Part shown: positions 1-13,550 of the stretch, in pieces
Layout: the number at the start of each line of letters is the position of its first letter
Numbering within the stretch: position 1 is the first letter of the stretch
Source: Octopus sinensis
Taxonomy: Eukaryota
Assembly: GCF_006345805.1 (NCBI RefSeq)
Contig: NC_043003.1
Coordinates: 4,030,001-4,094,000 of the forward strand
Reading direction: 5' to 3'
DNA: 64,000 nt
The notes under the pieces: model-generated
Told to the model about the DNA's origin: nothing
What the model saw: only the letters and a program-made list of their open reading frames with translations
The model's database searches: none
Position numbers and translations under genes: made by a program

Positions 1-912
1 ATGTGTCCTTCAATTTTCAGAGAGATTAATGTGAGGAGCTGGTATTTCTGCGCTCAACTGATGTCTGTAGAATGAGCTCCAGAGGGGAAGAAGGGTTCAC
101 AGAAAAAAAAAAAACAGAACACATGGAACATGGCACAAGACTGGAATGTCCAGCTTTTGCCTTCGATGTTGTTGTTGTTGTCATCTCAGTCAACTCCTGA
201 GTGAAAATGTTCCAACCATGATACATAATTATTTTCCCACCCAACTATACATGGGTACCACGATAAGGAAACCAGTGGGAGCAGTGGGAAATTGATGACT
301 GATCTATCAGCATACATCATCAAGAGCAATATACACCCCCACGCCACCTGACCATGTTCAATGTAGACTAGCAGCCTATCCATGAGGTGAAATACATTTG
401 TCACTCATCCGCCAGAGATAAACACCATTGTCGTGATGTGGGAGGGAAGGATTTGCAATGGGATTTCAGTTGCAAGGGACAAAACAATTCAGAGAAGTGT
501 GTGGAGTTTGTTTTATGGGACCAGAAGGAGGAGATAGGGAAGACGAGTATTTCTAGTTTGTTAGCTTTGAGGAACAGATGCTAACATAGTAGTGTTAGAA
601 GAGACTGAGAGGAGAGGACACAGCATATCTGTGACACGAGGTTGGATTGTGTTGGTGAAAGGGTCTTTATCAGTGAGTGTAGCTTTTCTGTTTTTAGGGG
701 GTTGCCTCATGAACATGGTTCAGAATATGTGAGCAGCACTTTAGTTTAAAGATTAGGGAATGTTTGCGTATTAAGGAGGATTAACTCCTGAGCTACACTG
801 AAGTGTTTCCAGATTCTTATCTTGGTGATTAATTGTCAGCAAATCATCGTCAGAGATTAGATAAATAGTCAAGGTATCACCACCACCACCACCACCACTA
901 CCATCAACGTTG

Positions 913-1165
913 TCATCATCTTTGTTTTAACATTCACGTTGCCATGCTAGCATGGGTCAGATGGAATTTATTGAGGCAGATTTTTCCGCAGCTGGGTGCT
1001 CTTCCTGCTGCCAACCCTCAACTCTTTCCAAGCAAGCCGTTTCTCCACCACCAACCCCTCCTCCCGCGGTTAGACATGTCGTTCACACAGAAGATTGGAA
1101 ATGAACAACCCCACATGTATGATGGTGACACTCATTTACAACTATAACATGATGTTGAGACAAAG

Positions 1166-1233
<68 letters not shown>

Positions 1234-1288
1234 GGTTCCAAAACCTCATGGTTGGGAAGCAAATTTCTTACCACACAGCCATACCTGT
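913..1288 (-). mobile_element. SINE with tRNA-like head, (CA)n middle and RTE-like 3' tail
   Basis: Reverse complement of the head GGCTGTGTGGTAAGAA..TTGCTTCCCAACCAT and of the tail ..CCATGCTAGCATGG..GTT..ATGATG seen in other copies. Confidence 0.75.
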
Positions 1289-1295
1289 GCTTGGT

Positions 1296-1336
<41 letters not shown>

Positions 1337-3614
1337 ATGATGATGGTGTTGTATATTCTTCCTCCATTTTCACTCTCCAGGTGTTGTCAGCTGAAGGTAG
1401 GTGTTGAAGAAGCCTACCCGAGGTGCCACACATTGGGATTGAAACCCAGAACCATGCAGTTGGGAATCAAAGATCTTAACTGCACAGCTGCCATTGAGTT
1501 TATCTGTTTTATGTGTACACGGCAACAGTTTCATGCACCTTGTACTTTTGTTGTTAGGGGTTGTTTTAGCAGAACAGGGTGGGTTCTGTGGGTGTGATCA
1601 GTGTGTGACCTGTGTGTATGTGATCTGTGTGTGTGTGTGTTTATAAAGGTTATTCAGGGTTTGGCAAAAAAACTCACTGGGGGAATCAAAAGTTGAGGAA
1701 GTGAAACGTCAAATTTATCAACAGAACAGAGAGAGAGAGCAAGGAGTGTGTGTGTGTGTTTAGTGAGGGAGGGAGAGAGAAAGGGGTGGAACAGTGCTCA
1801 GCTCCAGATCGGTGGTGGTGGTGGTGGAGGTGGTGGGTGAGTGTAAGCAAATAGTTCTGAGACACTTCCTGGTATTTCACTGTGTCTGTGTGTCTCAGCC
1901 TTAACAAGAAGACTTTAGGACATTCACAGAAATACATCTGCTGCCAATTAACACATGTCTACTGCACTAATTAACTGCTGCTGCTGCAATAATAACTCCA
2001 ATAAGTCTGTTAATTAATCCCCGCCATCTCCTCCTCCTCCTACTCACTCAGCATGGCTTTGTCTGCCTCTTCACACATTTTCAAACACCCTCCTCCTCCC
2101 CTCCTTCTCCTCCTCCTCTCTCTCATTTTCTCTCCCTCTTTCTACTTTTCCATTTGACCTTTCTTTTTCTCCCTTTTCTTTGTTTTTCTTCGTTTTCTTT
2201 CCCTCTCCCGCCCACCCTCTCTCTTCTCCCTCCCACTCTCTTTACACGTCTCTCTCCCCCCCACCTCTCTCAACTGACAAACAAGCCATTTCATATTCCG
2301 CATCCCCACCCCCCAGTCCCTTTATCACCACCACCACCACCTACCACCCATCACCACACCTCCATCCCCCCTCCACTCCCACCACCCCAACATTACATAG
2401 TCACACAAAAATTTACTTCACTTCAATTATTGTCACCATACCTATATCTTCTCTCTCTCTCTCTCCCCACTACCCACCTCCGCCACCCCAGCTCCAGTGA
2501 TAGGTAGATGGATACTTGCCCTTTACCCTCTGTCTACCTATCTGTCTGTATTTATTTAGATGTTGACCCACATTCATACACACACACACGCGCCCGGCTG
2601 TGTTTTCTCCCTCACCATCAGAAAGTATGTCTTCGGCAATCACCCAACGGGGTTTCAAGTCCGGCTCATCACAACTGCAACACTTCCACACCACATCTAA
2701 AGCTTCCACACTCACTCCTGCACTTCCACAGCCACTCTAACACTTCTTTCACACTGACTCTAACATTCCCACACTGACTCTATTTCCACACCGACTCTAC
2801 TGTTTCCACACACAAACGCACACACATACACATTAACACTTCCACATGCACACACACACACACACACAAACGCACTCACATAGACACTAACACTTTCACA
2901 CACCCACACCCACAAACTAACACTTACACACATACACACACACAAACACATGCAAGCACTTCCGCACATACACTAAAACTTCCGCACAAACACTTCCACA
3001 CACACCCACACTAACACCTCCACACACACACCCACCCTAACACTTCCACACTGACTCTCACCTTTCCACATTGACTCCCACTTCCACACTCACTTCCTCT
3101 TTCACCAGCCACACAAACCTTCACCCATATTTTATTCATTTTTTTTCTCCCAATTTTGTGTTGGCAGGAATGTTGTTGCTGTTGTTGTTGTGGTGTAGCC
3201 ACTGGTCAGTTCTGACATAGCAAATTGGTCAGTTGTGTAACTAGTGGCCATAGTTATGTCCTTTGTTGAATAACCATTGTGATATACGAAGGTGAATCAT
3301 TTGTGGTTCCCTGTTCACAATCTGGACATGTTGACCCCTTTCCCCAGACCACTCTTACACACTGCACTGTTGCTGGTCACTGTCTTAAATAAAGAGGTCA
3401 TCTTTTATTTCATGGAGTCTGAAACGTGATGATCATGGCTGGATTGCCTATGATCGTAGGGTTCCATAGATTAGGTCTAAAACACCCAACATCATTTTAC
3501 TGACATAACTCAGAGTTTTAACAGTTGTTGAGTTGCTGCACTATTATTGCCACCATCCACCATCAGACCCCAGGGCCAGCAATGGTGTCTGATCTTTTTA
3601 TCTTTAATGCCGTC

Positions 3615-4072
3615 ATGATTGTCGTCCTCGTTGTCATCGTCATCATCATCATCATTGTTCGACTGTGGTCGAGACAATGGAATTTACCATGCTACGCCAG
3701 ACTTCACGGTCCATCATGGCATTACAGAGGTCCTGTTGCTGAATGCCTGTATCCCTGGAGATTACATCAGGGTAGGAGAGTGTGCGCCCTCTGGTATTGC
3801 GAGTAGATGGCTTCCAGAGGAGAAGAGTAGAAATTACCTCTTTTTCAGCTCTACAACAATGTCCAGCAAACTGGACTCTCCTACCTTTCACAAGAGATGA
3901 CACAGGTGGTAGTTTCCCATATATTTGCATTTTGGTTGGATGACACTTCCATGAGAGATTTTGAGCTCTCATAAGGAGGCGAGTGTAGGTTCCATCCAAC
4001 CGCCTCTCAAGCTACTTTGATAACGTCCATGTTTCTGAGCCATATAGTAGAATTGGTTCGACTGTGGCTTTG
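3615..4072 (-). mobile_element. RTE-clade LINE 3' fragment (ORF2 C-terminus with one in-frame stop and a (TGA)n tail)
   Basis: Translates as KATVEPILLYGSETWTLSK*LERRLDGTYTRLLMRAQN...RRVQFAGHC...RGRTLSYPD...MMDREVWR, typical of RTE C-termini. Confidence 0.85.
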
Positions 4073-4241
4073 TTTACTTTTTTACAGCTGTATCACCTGG
4101 AACAATGAGAAATGAAGGGTCTTGCTCAAGAACACAATGTGCTGCTTGGTTTGGGAATTGAACCCATGATGTAGCGATTGTGAGTGCAACAGCCTAACCA
4201 CTAGGCCACGCACCTTGACTTTTCAATGTTAATAGCATTAA
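4072..4241 (-). mobile_element. tRNA-derived SINE head fragment plus flank, locally duplicated at 5263-5432
   Basis: The - strand reads TGGCCTAGTGGTTAGG (A box) and GGGTTCAATTCCC (B box); a near-identical copy lies 1.2 kb downstream. Confidence 0.75.
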
Positions 4242-4675
4242 GTGTGTCATCGTCAATATTCAATATAAATTGAGGAAACAAATTAGACTCGTTATATCAG
4301 TGCAATTAACCGAGGACTTTTACATCCTGCTGTCATACATACAAACAGTGTTACTGATATAAATCGACCTTCACCATAACATCTAATACTGTTGTTGTCT
4401 GTCGTTGCGTCATTTCTCCGATAAATAGCCTTGTTCAAGTGCGGAAGCGCTGGCCTATAATTTCCTTATAGAGTGAGCCATGGTAGACAGAGCTGAGACA
4501 TAATGGTCTGATTTGGTGCATCTCTGTGCAGAGAGTTAGGAATCTATCAGAAATGTATTCCTAAATCACAGCAATCCAACCCACAGCTGCCCACCTCCAT
4601 CTGCCTCCTACAGTAACAGAACAACATTATTTGACCAGTTCTTCAAAATATTGACATGGCAATGAGGAAATAGAT

Positions 4676-5093
4676 GCAGATGGGTGTGTGTGGTTGAGAA
4701 ACTTGTTTCCCAGCCTCATGGTCCCAGGTTCAGTCCTACTGCACAGTACCTTGGGCAAGTGTCTTCTACTATAGCCTTGACCTGACCAAATCCTTGGGAA
4801 TGGATTTGGTTGATGGAAACTGAAAAGAGAGACCTGTTGTGTGTGTGTGTGTGGTATGGACCCTTGTCTTTGCATCACGTTGTAGTTGTGAATGAACATT
4901 ATCATCATGCAAATGATATTGTTCGTTTCCAGTCTTCCATGAGAAACATGTCTGGCCGTGGGGAAATGAGACCTTGCTTGGGAATGGGTGTGGTATGGCA
5001 ACGGGAAGGACATCTGGCTGTAGAAAATCTGCCTCAGTAAAGTCAATCTGACCCGTGCACACATGAAAAACTGGACATTCAATGATGATGATG
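4676..5093 (+). mobile_element. Full-length SINE with tRNA-like head and RTE-like tail ending (ATG)n
   Basis: Head ..TTGTTTCCCAGCC..GGTTCAGTCCTACTG..; tail ..GCTGTAGAAAATCTGCC..GGACATTCAATGATGATG. Confidence 0.8.
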
Positions 5094-5262
5094 AAGTGTG
5101 AAGATTCTAATGCGATCACGTGATCGACCAAACTATCGGATGTTGTTATACATCGCTAGTCACAATGCGCTTTGTATCGTTTTAGCTTTCAGATAATTTC
5201 ACCCCACTGGCTAGGCTAGCAGGCCAACATTCCCCCTAGTTTTTAAGGTTATTCCGTTGCAG

Positions 5263-5432
5263 GTTTACTTTTTTACAGATGTATGACCTGGAACAATGAG
5301 AAATGAAGGGTTTTGCTCAAGAACACAATGTTCTGCTTGGTTTGTGAATTGAACCCATGATGTAGCGATTGTGAGTGCAACAGCCTAACCACTAGACCAC
5401 ATACCTTGACTTTTCAATCTAAATAGCATTAA
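5263..5432 (-). mobile_element. Second copy of the SINE head plus flank duplication
   Basis: Aligns end to end with 4072-4241. Confidence 0.75.
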
Positions 5433-5700
5433 TTGTGGCCATTAACTGGATACAAGACGTGGAGCTAAGACCATGTGATTCCAGGTTCAGTCCTACTACA
5501 GGGCACCTTTTCAGGACAAAGGCTTTTCTGTGAAGTCAGAAGGACAGAAATATTGTGGAAGTCTGTTGAATGGTTTATTGTCTGGTCTTGGAGGCTAAAC
5601 ACTTGACCAGTTGACCAACATCATCAGCATCACATCTTGTCTTTTTTATAAACGTTCTGACCAAGAGTATGTGTGTGTGTATGTATATATATATATATAT

Positions 5701-5900
5701 ATCATCATCATCATCGTTTAACGTCCGCTTTCCATGCTAGCATGGGTTGGACGGTTCAACTGGGGTCTGGCAAGCCGGAAGGCTGCACCAGGCCAGTCAG
5801 ATCTGGCAGTGTTTCTACAGCTGGATGCCCTTCCTAACGCCAACCACTCCGAGAGTGTAGTGGGTGATTTTATGTGCCACCGACACAGGTGCCAGACAGG
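5701..5900 (-). mobile_element. RTE-type 3' end repeat (5'-truncated LINE or SINE tail)
   Basis: (CAT)nCGTTTAACGTCCGCTTTCCATGCTAGCATGGG...GCTGGATGCCCTTCCTAACGCCAACCAC. Similar copies lie at about 8111-8300, 17118-17420, 21555-21700, 22760-22945 and 45037-45195 (all -) and 19930-20097 (+). Confidence 0.8.
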
Positions 5901-6344
5901 CATGTGCCATCAGTAATTACTCAGGGTAGGCAGTTGGTGATGTTTATTTAGTAAAACACACAAAAGATAACCGAAACACAGGCCTGCGACTGAGTTGGAG
6001 GCAGATTTACTTCTGCCTTTAGAGTGCGTAAAGAAAATGTTGTTGTAGGAGTGTACGCAGCATGTGTACCACAGCAGTTCTATGCATAGCTTAGATACTG
6101 AGATTGAAAGGCAGGGGCAAATTATGCCTACCTAATCTACAAAAAAATAAGATATTTTGCAATTTATGCAGAGTAATCAGAGCAACCTTCATAATTTTAT
6201 TGAATTAGGTGCATATTTTGCCATAAAAGGAAAATGTTACTATCGATCTATTTTATTCAGGGTAGGCACTACCTACCTTGCCTACCCAGGCAGCATGTAC
6301 CTGATGCATCCATAATTGCATGTGTGTATGTATGTGTGTGTGTG

Positions 6345-6375
<31 letters not shown>

Positions 6376-6409
6376 TGAGGAGTGATTGGCGCACACACAC
6401 ACACACATA

Positions 6410-6897
6410 CAAGGGTGAGTCAAAAAGTAATGCCATTTTGTTTAGGACAGGTATAATTACCAACACAGGAACATGTATCATACATCAAAATGAAGCTGGT
6501 CCTCTGTGGATCACATCCCTACTTCTCAACATAGTCACCGTTTCTCTCAATAGCAATGTACCACCTTCAAATGAGAGCATGTATCCCTGCCCCGTAAAAT
6601 TCAGTTGACTGTTCTTTGAACCACTTCTTCACTACAGTTTTCACTTTCTCTTCACTGGAATAATGCTTGCCTCTCAAACCCTCTTTCGTGGTGCCGAAGA
6701 GTTGATAGACTAAAGGCGCTAAGTCTGGTGAGTTTGGGTCAAAGAACATCAACAGAATTGCACGGGGCAGGCATACATGTTGAGAAGTAGGGATGTGATC
6801 CACAGAAGGCCAGTTTCATTTTGATGTATGATACATGTTCCTGTGCTGGTAATTATACCTGTCCTAAACAAAATGGCATTACTTTTTGACTCGCTCT

Positions 6898-6899
<2 letters not shown>
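6410..6899 (-). mobile_element. Mariner-derived non-autonomous element with 123-bp inverted ends, TA TSD and transposase C-terminal remnant
   Basis: 6410-6532 and 6777-6899 are inverted repeats, with TA on both sides. The internal frame reads PNSPDLAPLVYQLF..KEGLRGKHYSSEEKVK..W..Q..EFY..GIHALI (mariner YSPDLAP motif). Confidence 0.88.
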
Positions 6900-6991
<92 letters not shown>

Positions 6992-7223
6992 ATATATATA
7001 TGTATATATGCATATATACATCCATATATGTACATACCTACATACATATGTATATATACATGCATATAAGGGTACAGGATGTCAAAAGCACACGAACAAA
7101 AACATGGAAAACAAATTTTTGGGGGAGAAACGAAAGAAACAGATAGAGAAACGAAACAGGCAACATAAAGAACAATCCCTTCATCAGTTGTCTCCTGTTT
7201 TATCTACTCCGTGTTTCGAACAC

Positions 7224-7262
<39 letters not shown>

Positions 7263-7500
7263 TATAGGGAGACACTGCTGATGCTGTTTAATACAGAGAG
7301 ATAAACTAACATTTCAAGTAGTTTCTCAGCTCCTTCAAACCACCACCCACCCACCCACCTCCACCCGCTTTGGTCCCTTTACTGTGTTTTCAGGCAGGTT
7401 TTTTTTTTCTTTTTCAGGATTGGGTAACATCAAAGCATATATTTATGTAGTTAGATAATATTAGAAAGGGAAATAAAAGAAAGACCTGGGTAGAGCGAGG

Positions 7501-7535
<35 letters not shown>

Positions 7536-8926
7536 GGGAGAGAGAGAGAGATGTGGGTGGGAGACTGGTATAACAGTGGAGTTCCCTCTAACAATGGGTT
7601 TCCCTGCTGGGCGACTGTGCATCTGTTATGCACAGATGTTTGCAGAACTCTAAAAGAAAATCTAATTTTATTTGTGTTAAGGTGAAAAGAATAAGGAGTT
7701 GAGTTTAAGGATCAAAGCTACGGAGACCCTTTAATCCAAGGATAGTCTACGTTCTGTGAATAGTTTTGAAGATGATGTGAAATGTCTGTTGGTTGTTCTT
7801 TGCGTCACTGGAACCTTATAATATTGGTTTATCTTTAAATCATTGAAAGTTTACTTCCTGGTGGAATATTTAAATTAATTCTTCCTTGCTGTCCAATTGA
7901 TTCTTCCCAAATGGCTGATCTTTTAAATATTTGCCCCATATCTGCTGAAATTCAAGCAGCCGTGTTTACAACATCAATTGGCTGGAGCCATCTGCCTCTT
8001 GAAGAAACAATAATTGATTCTTTGGTGGTGGTCTGGTTGCCTGAGTTTTGTTTGATATTAAAACGAGAGTGAGAGAGAGGGAGAGAGAGAGGCTGTGGCA
8101 GTCGGCAACATCATCATCATTATCATCATCATTTGACATCCGTTTCACATGCTGGCATGGGTTAGACAGCTTGACAGGAACTGGTAAGACCAGGGACAGC
8201 ACCAGGCTCTACAGACAGTTTTAGCTTGGTTTCTACGACTGGGTGCCCTTCCTGACACCAACTGCCCCATAATACACTGAATGCTTTTCATATGGTACCT
8301 TGGTTTTAGGGTCTCTACATCAACTCTAAATACCATCCCAGATTTATAATTAACTCAATCATTTTTCAAGTATTTCTTAATGAATTACAACTTTCACTTC
8401 CACATTATTTCCCTGAATTCTTTCCTAATTACTGATTACTGATTGGATTCTGTCAATGCATTCTAAATGCTGTTTAAGCATTACGAAGCCTCTTAATTGC
8501 CAGACATGTGTTTCATGGAGTAAAATAAAGACCTCTCTCAGGATAGGATGCTAGTCCCTGGCAAAGAGGTGCTTTCTCATTGATCGATTATGTTGTGCCC
8601 TGTTCACCTGGCAATTTACTTCCGCCATTCCATGTTTTTGTATCCACTGTCTATTTCTTGTATGGCTTCGTCCAGTTTTAATGCTCAGTCAAACTGGAAG
8701 AAAGTTAGTTATTTCTGCCGGCACACAGACAGGAGTCCTTCGCTTTCTTTGTTCTGTTCCATTCAGACACAAGACAAGAATGTGATTGCTAGTCTCTTCA
8801 GGTTTGTCTACCATCCTTTTGGGGTCAATAAAATATCACTTGAGTATTGGGGTTGATGTAACTGAATAGCCACCCCAACAAAATTTCAGGCCATATGCCT
8901 ATTAGTAGACGGTAGTATTATTATTA

Positions 8927-9162
8927 GGCGGCGAGCTGGCAGAAACGTTAGCAGGCCGGGCGAAATGCGTAGCCGTATTTCGTCTGCCGTTACGTTCTGA
9001 GTTCAAATTCCGCGAAGGTCGACTTTGCCTTTCATCCTTTCGGGGTCAATTAAATAAGTACCAGTTACGCACTGGGGTCGATATAATCGACTTAATCCGT
9101 TTGTCTGTCCTTGTTTGTCCTCTCTGTGTTTAACCCCTTGTGGGTAGTAAAGAAATAGGTAT
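8927..9162 (+). mobile_element. tRNA-derived SINE family A (GGCGGCGAGCTGGCAGAAACG head)
   Basis: A-box- and B-box-like head (GAGTTCAAATTCC), central CCTTTCATCCTTTCGGGGTC..AAGTACCAG block, and (TTA)n at the flank. Confidence 0.85.
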
Positions 9163-11073
9163 TATTATTATTATTATTATTTAATCAGAAAAGAATGGTC
9201 ACAGACTGACCAATGCAACACTGGTTCGTACAGTGACTAACAGTAAATACTAGATTCCTGACCGACCAACAACTGCATCCATTGGGTCACAGACTGACCA
9301 AAACCCTGCACTAAGTGCGCTATCTCACCTGAGCTGAAATTGCACCTAGTGACCTCGTTTACCTGTCCCCCTTTTATTATCTCACTTCAGTTTTTTCCTA
9401 ATTCCCATTGATTTCCTCTTAATTAGGTTGTTTTGCCAATGTAATTCTTACATCAATCATCTGAAACACAGGACAGTTTCTAAGCAGTTACGTCTACACA
9501 TGTTCTCTGGTGCCGCCGGTATTTCTCCCCCACCACCCCCACCACCATCTCGCTTGTTCGACAATTCCTCATTGCTTTTGTCTTTTCTGATTATCTCTTT
9601 TATAGAATATTCTTCTACTGAATAGTAAACCAGAACATTCCTCTGCTGCTAACGTCGGTCGGTCGTTGACAGAAATACTCAGCAGTTTTTGTCTTTTTAA
9701 CATTTCCAGCAATCTCCCGCCTCCTTTTGTTGTTGTTGCTGTTGTTGTCGCTGGTATTTTTCTATCTTTCAACTTTCTTCTTCTTCTTTTTCTTCTTCTT
9801 TTTTGTCTTCTTCTTCTCCTTCTTCTTCTTCTTCTTCTCCTCCTCCTCCTTCTTCTTCTCCTTCCTCTCCTTCTTCTTCTTCTTCTTCATAATATTTACA
9901 TTTTTCTCATCTTTTCTCTGACTTTATTCTTCTCTCCCCCAACACCCCCACCCCACCCCCGTCGCTTTCCATTCTTCATCAATCTTCAACCCTTTTATAC
10001 CCCCACCCCATTCTCCCTCCCCCCTTATCTTGTCATTCTTTATTCATCTCATTTCTTTTTGTTTTATTTTGTCATTATTTTCTTCTTTTCTTTTTTTTTT
10101 TCTCCCTTACCTCTCTCATTTGTCTCCCTAAAATCTAAGCAGATTAACAACAAAGACCTCAATTACTTCATCTTTTCTCTCTTCCTAATTTATTTTCTGT
10201 CACCTTTTCTTGTTCCTTCTCTTCTTTATTTCTTCATTTCATTGATTTCTTTTCTTTTTTATATATATATATATATTTTTTGTTCTTTTTTGCTTTTTCT
10301 TGTATGTCTCCAACCCCCAAAATTGTCCCTCATGGAAAAGGCACAATTTTTCTCTCCTACAAATTACAAATGTCGTAGCAGAAGATTGATAGCTTTTCAT
10401 TGACTGCATATCTTCTTCTTGCCCTTCTTGTAACAGCAACATTCCAAATCAGAGGAGCAGAACTTCTAACCCTAATCCTTATCTAACCAACAATTCCCCC
10501 ACCCCACCCCACCCCTGCCACTGCCTCTCCAAACATCTTTTTCATCTTTTGTCCGTCTTACATTTTATTTCATGCAATATTCTCCATTAAGATTTACACA
10601 CGACTTTCTTGTGGCCATTCAAGTAATGATAATTGACACGGTTGTTCTTGTTGGTATGTTTTTTTGCTGTGGCCCCCTTTTTTCGTCTGAGAAATTGTAA
10701 CCCTTTAATGACTGTAAAAAATCCCACTTGATCGCACCATGTTGTCACCTTGACATGTTGTGAAAGATTTACATCGTCCACAGAACACAGCATCTCTGAT
10801 CTTACTGGCTGCTTAACCAATTCCAACCACACCAATAACAAACATTTCTAAGCCTGTCCCATTTCACGGCAAACAAGGCAACAAGAAAAAAACAAGGTTG
10901 ACAATAAATGGGTTGCTGTTGTGCTTTGACATAACAATTTCATTATTACACAACTCCTCCTACACCTCATCGACTGGTTTTAGCAAAATATAATAATGAC
11001 GCCAGTCTGGTTGTCGCCTTGGCCAAGTGGTAAAGGAGCTAGTTTTACAATCCATGTCCCAGGATCAATTCCA

Positions 11074-11464
11074 CTGGCAGAAACGTTAGCATGCTGGGCA
11101 AAATGCTTAGCAGTATTTTGTCTGCCGCTACGTTCTGAGTTCAAATTCCGCTGAGGTCGACTTTGCCTTTTATCCTTTCGGGGTTGATAAATTAAGTACC
11201 AGTTACGCACTGGGGTTGATATAATCGACTTAATCCATTTGTCTGTCCTTGTTTGTCCCCTCTGTGTTTAGCCCCTTGTGGGTAGTAAAGAAATAGATGT
11301 TTCGTCTGCTGCTATGTTCTGAGTTCAAATTCTGTCGAGGTCGACTTTGCCTTTCATCCTTTCGGTTATGCGCTGGGGTCAATATAATCGACTCAATCCG
11401 TTTGTCTGTCCTTGTTTGTCCCCTCTGTGTTTAAGCCCCTTGTGGGTAGTAAAGAAATAGGTAT
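11074..11464 (+). mobile_element. Family A SINE plus tandem partial second copy
   Basis: Two consecutive matches to 8927-9162. Confidence 0.8.
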
Positions 11465-11479
11465 CTTGGATAAGCTAGG

Positions 11480-11750
11480 ATATAAAAGGATAAAGATCCT
11501 TCCTGTCTCATATAAACTTGTTGAGCTGGTTTCCTGATGTTTGTGGCGCATACATTCACCCCTAGTTGGAATGGGCTAGGGTTAGTCTGTCGCAGGGTTA
11601 CCCCCTGTTGCCAGCTGCGTGGACTGGAACAATGTGAAAGTAAAGTGTTTTGCTCAAGAATACTATGCATTGCCCAGTCCAGAGATTGAACCCACAATCT
11701 TCTGATCAGGAGGAGTCCAACAGCCTAATCACTGAACCATGCACCTCCAC
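11480..11750 (-). mobile_element. tRNA-derived SINE of a different family (same as 43262-43608)
   Basis: The - strand reads GCATGGTTCAGTGATTAGG..GGGTTCAATCTCTGG..TTGAGCAAAACACTTTACTTTCAC. Confidence 0.65.
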
Positions 11751-13550
11751 CATCTTTGATAAGGGACTTCTACCGTAGCTAAGGATCAGTGTAAGCCTTA
11801 CTGAGTGAAAGGGGGTGGACGTAAACTGTGTGTTTTGGAAGGGGGTTACACCTGCAAGTTAAGGGCCTGGCCTTGGCACTCGGCCATGCTCTTTTCTCCT
11901 GAGAATTATGTTAATGATACATTTGTCTGTGGAGTATTCAGCCACTTTATATGTTAAAGAATAGATAGTTCAGTCGATCAAACAACTGAATTACTATTGC
12001 CGTAAACAATAAAGGATCCATTATACACACACACACACATATGCATGTGTGTGTGTGTGTTTGGTGTATTATAATTGTATTGCATCTTTCCTTATTTATA
12101 TGGGTAATGTATCTACAAGCCAAAATAAATACTCATGCGTGTGTGTGTGTGTGTATAAATATGTTAATCAACTTAACTCCCCTACAAAAAAAAATTGCTT
12201 TGCTAAAATTCGATACTGTATATAATTACATCTCTCTCTCTACACACACACATATATATCTACAGACAACTATGTGTATGTGTCTAACTCTCTCTCTCTC
12301 CATAAATACTTGTGTGTGTGTGTGTGTGTTTTTACCAATATATTTGAGAATTGGATTAAAATAAGCATTAATTCCAAACAATCTAAGACTGTGTCTTTGG
12401 TATTATCTATCAAAAGAAGACTATTTACTAAATCTAGCACAAAACTCCGCCAGAACTTTTTATGCGGACTTTTTCTAAAGTTGTTTGTCGTATTTTTTTT
12501 TTTTATTGTAATTTTCACTGAGTTTTCTTTTATGTTCGTTTTTATCCTTAATTCAGTGAATAGTTTATATTAGAGAGTGCAGCTATCGTGGATGAAATGT
12601 CAGACTTGAAACGTTGGCGTCTGTTAGAGTCGGCTTTGCATGTCTCTTCTCTCATTTGCATATGTCTTCCACCTTCCATCAACAAAACTCAACTTGACAT
12701 TTTCTCCACTTTTATTACTTCATATCTAATCCACATTTTCGAAGCACGCACACAACTCATTCTCTGAAAAAACTGTTCATTCTCCGTCTTTCATGCTAAT
12801 TTTCAAATGTCACAGTGTGTGTGTGCGTCTACCAAAGTTGTCCGTAACTTCAACACTAGTTCAAATAACTCTGTTTGTTCAGAAACTTGTGTGGTTTCTT
12901 TCTCGACTCACATGTTGAAGTTATTTAAGGCTTCTAAATTTAGTTAGAATTTTCAGCAAAGATTAACAGAAAACCTGGAAACCAAACTAAAAAAACGAGT
13001 TTTCTTATATTTAACTAACTCAAGTGTTTCTCCTTTCTAACAATGGTCTACTCGCCTTATCTGGTTTTATCTGCTTCTTCCACAGAAATGAAATAGCCAC
13101 CACCATTCTCAGTGAGTCTCTATTTGGTCTGTCAACCTTCAAGAAATAGCAGTCAAATCTCGCTCAAATCATAATCTTTCTATTTGAACAATGGAAGGAC
13201 ACATTAACATTATTGTTCATAAGTGCAGCGTCGTGCTTTGTTGCATGTCACTGTTTTAGGATAGACTCTTCTGTGACTGAAGGTATTCTTTGTGTTTCAT
13301 ACCCCACCCTGTCCTGCAAGTTGTCACTTCACCAATGATGATGATGATGATGATGTTGATGATAGCCACACATTTTATATTTTCAAATTACCTCCAAATT
13401 TCTCTGGTACCCTTCAAAGTCTTAGCTTCATCATCATCTGTTTTAACAATATGTTCCTATTATGGTCCTTAAAATTATTGACAATGCTCACCTTATACAT
13501 GCATGCATACATACATCCATCCATCCATCCCAAACAGTGGAAGGAATCTG

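Noticed and set aside
1-870. Possible decayed LINE or coding remnant at the window start
   Set aside because: The sequence is non-repetitive and vaguely LINE-like, but no motif is intact enough to call.
7181-7187. CTGATGA(AGGG) on the - strand
   Set aside because: No downstream stem II closure plus GAAA and no stem I, so it is not a hammerhead as it stands.
9666-10403. 245-aa Leu/Phe-rich ORF that looks like a membrane protein
   Set aside because: It is the translation of (CTT)n/(CTC)n and T-rich low-complexity DNA, with no domain or splice support.
12589-12620. GGATGAA..GAAACGTT hammerhead-like trace
   Set aside because: The core is broken and the stems are not convincing.
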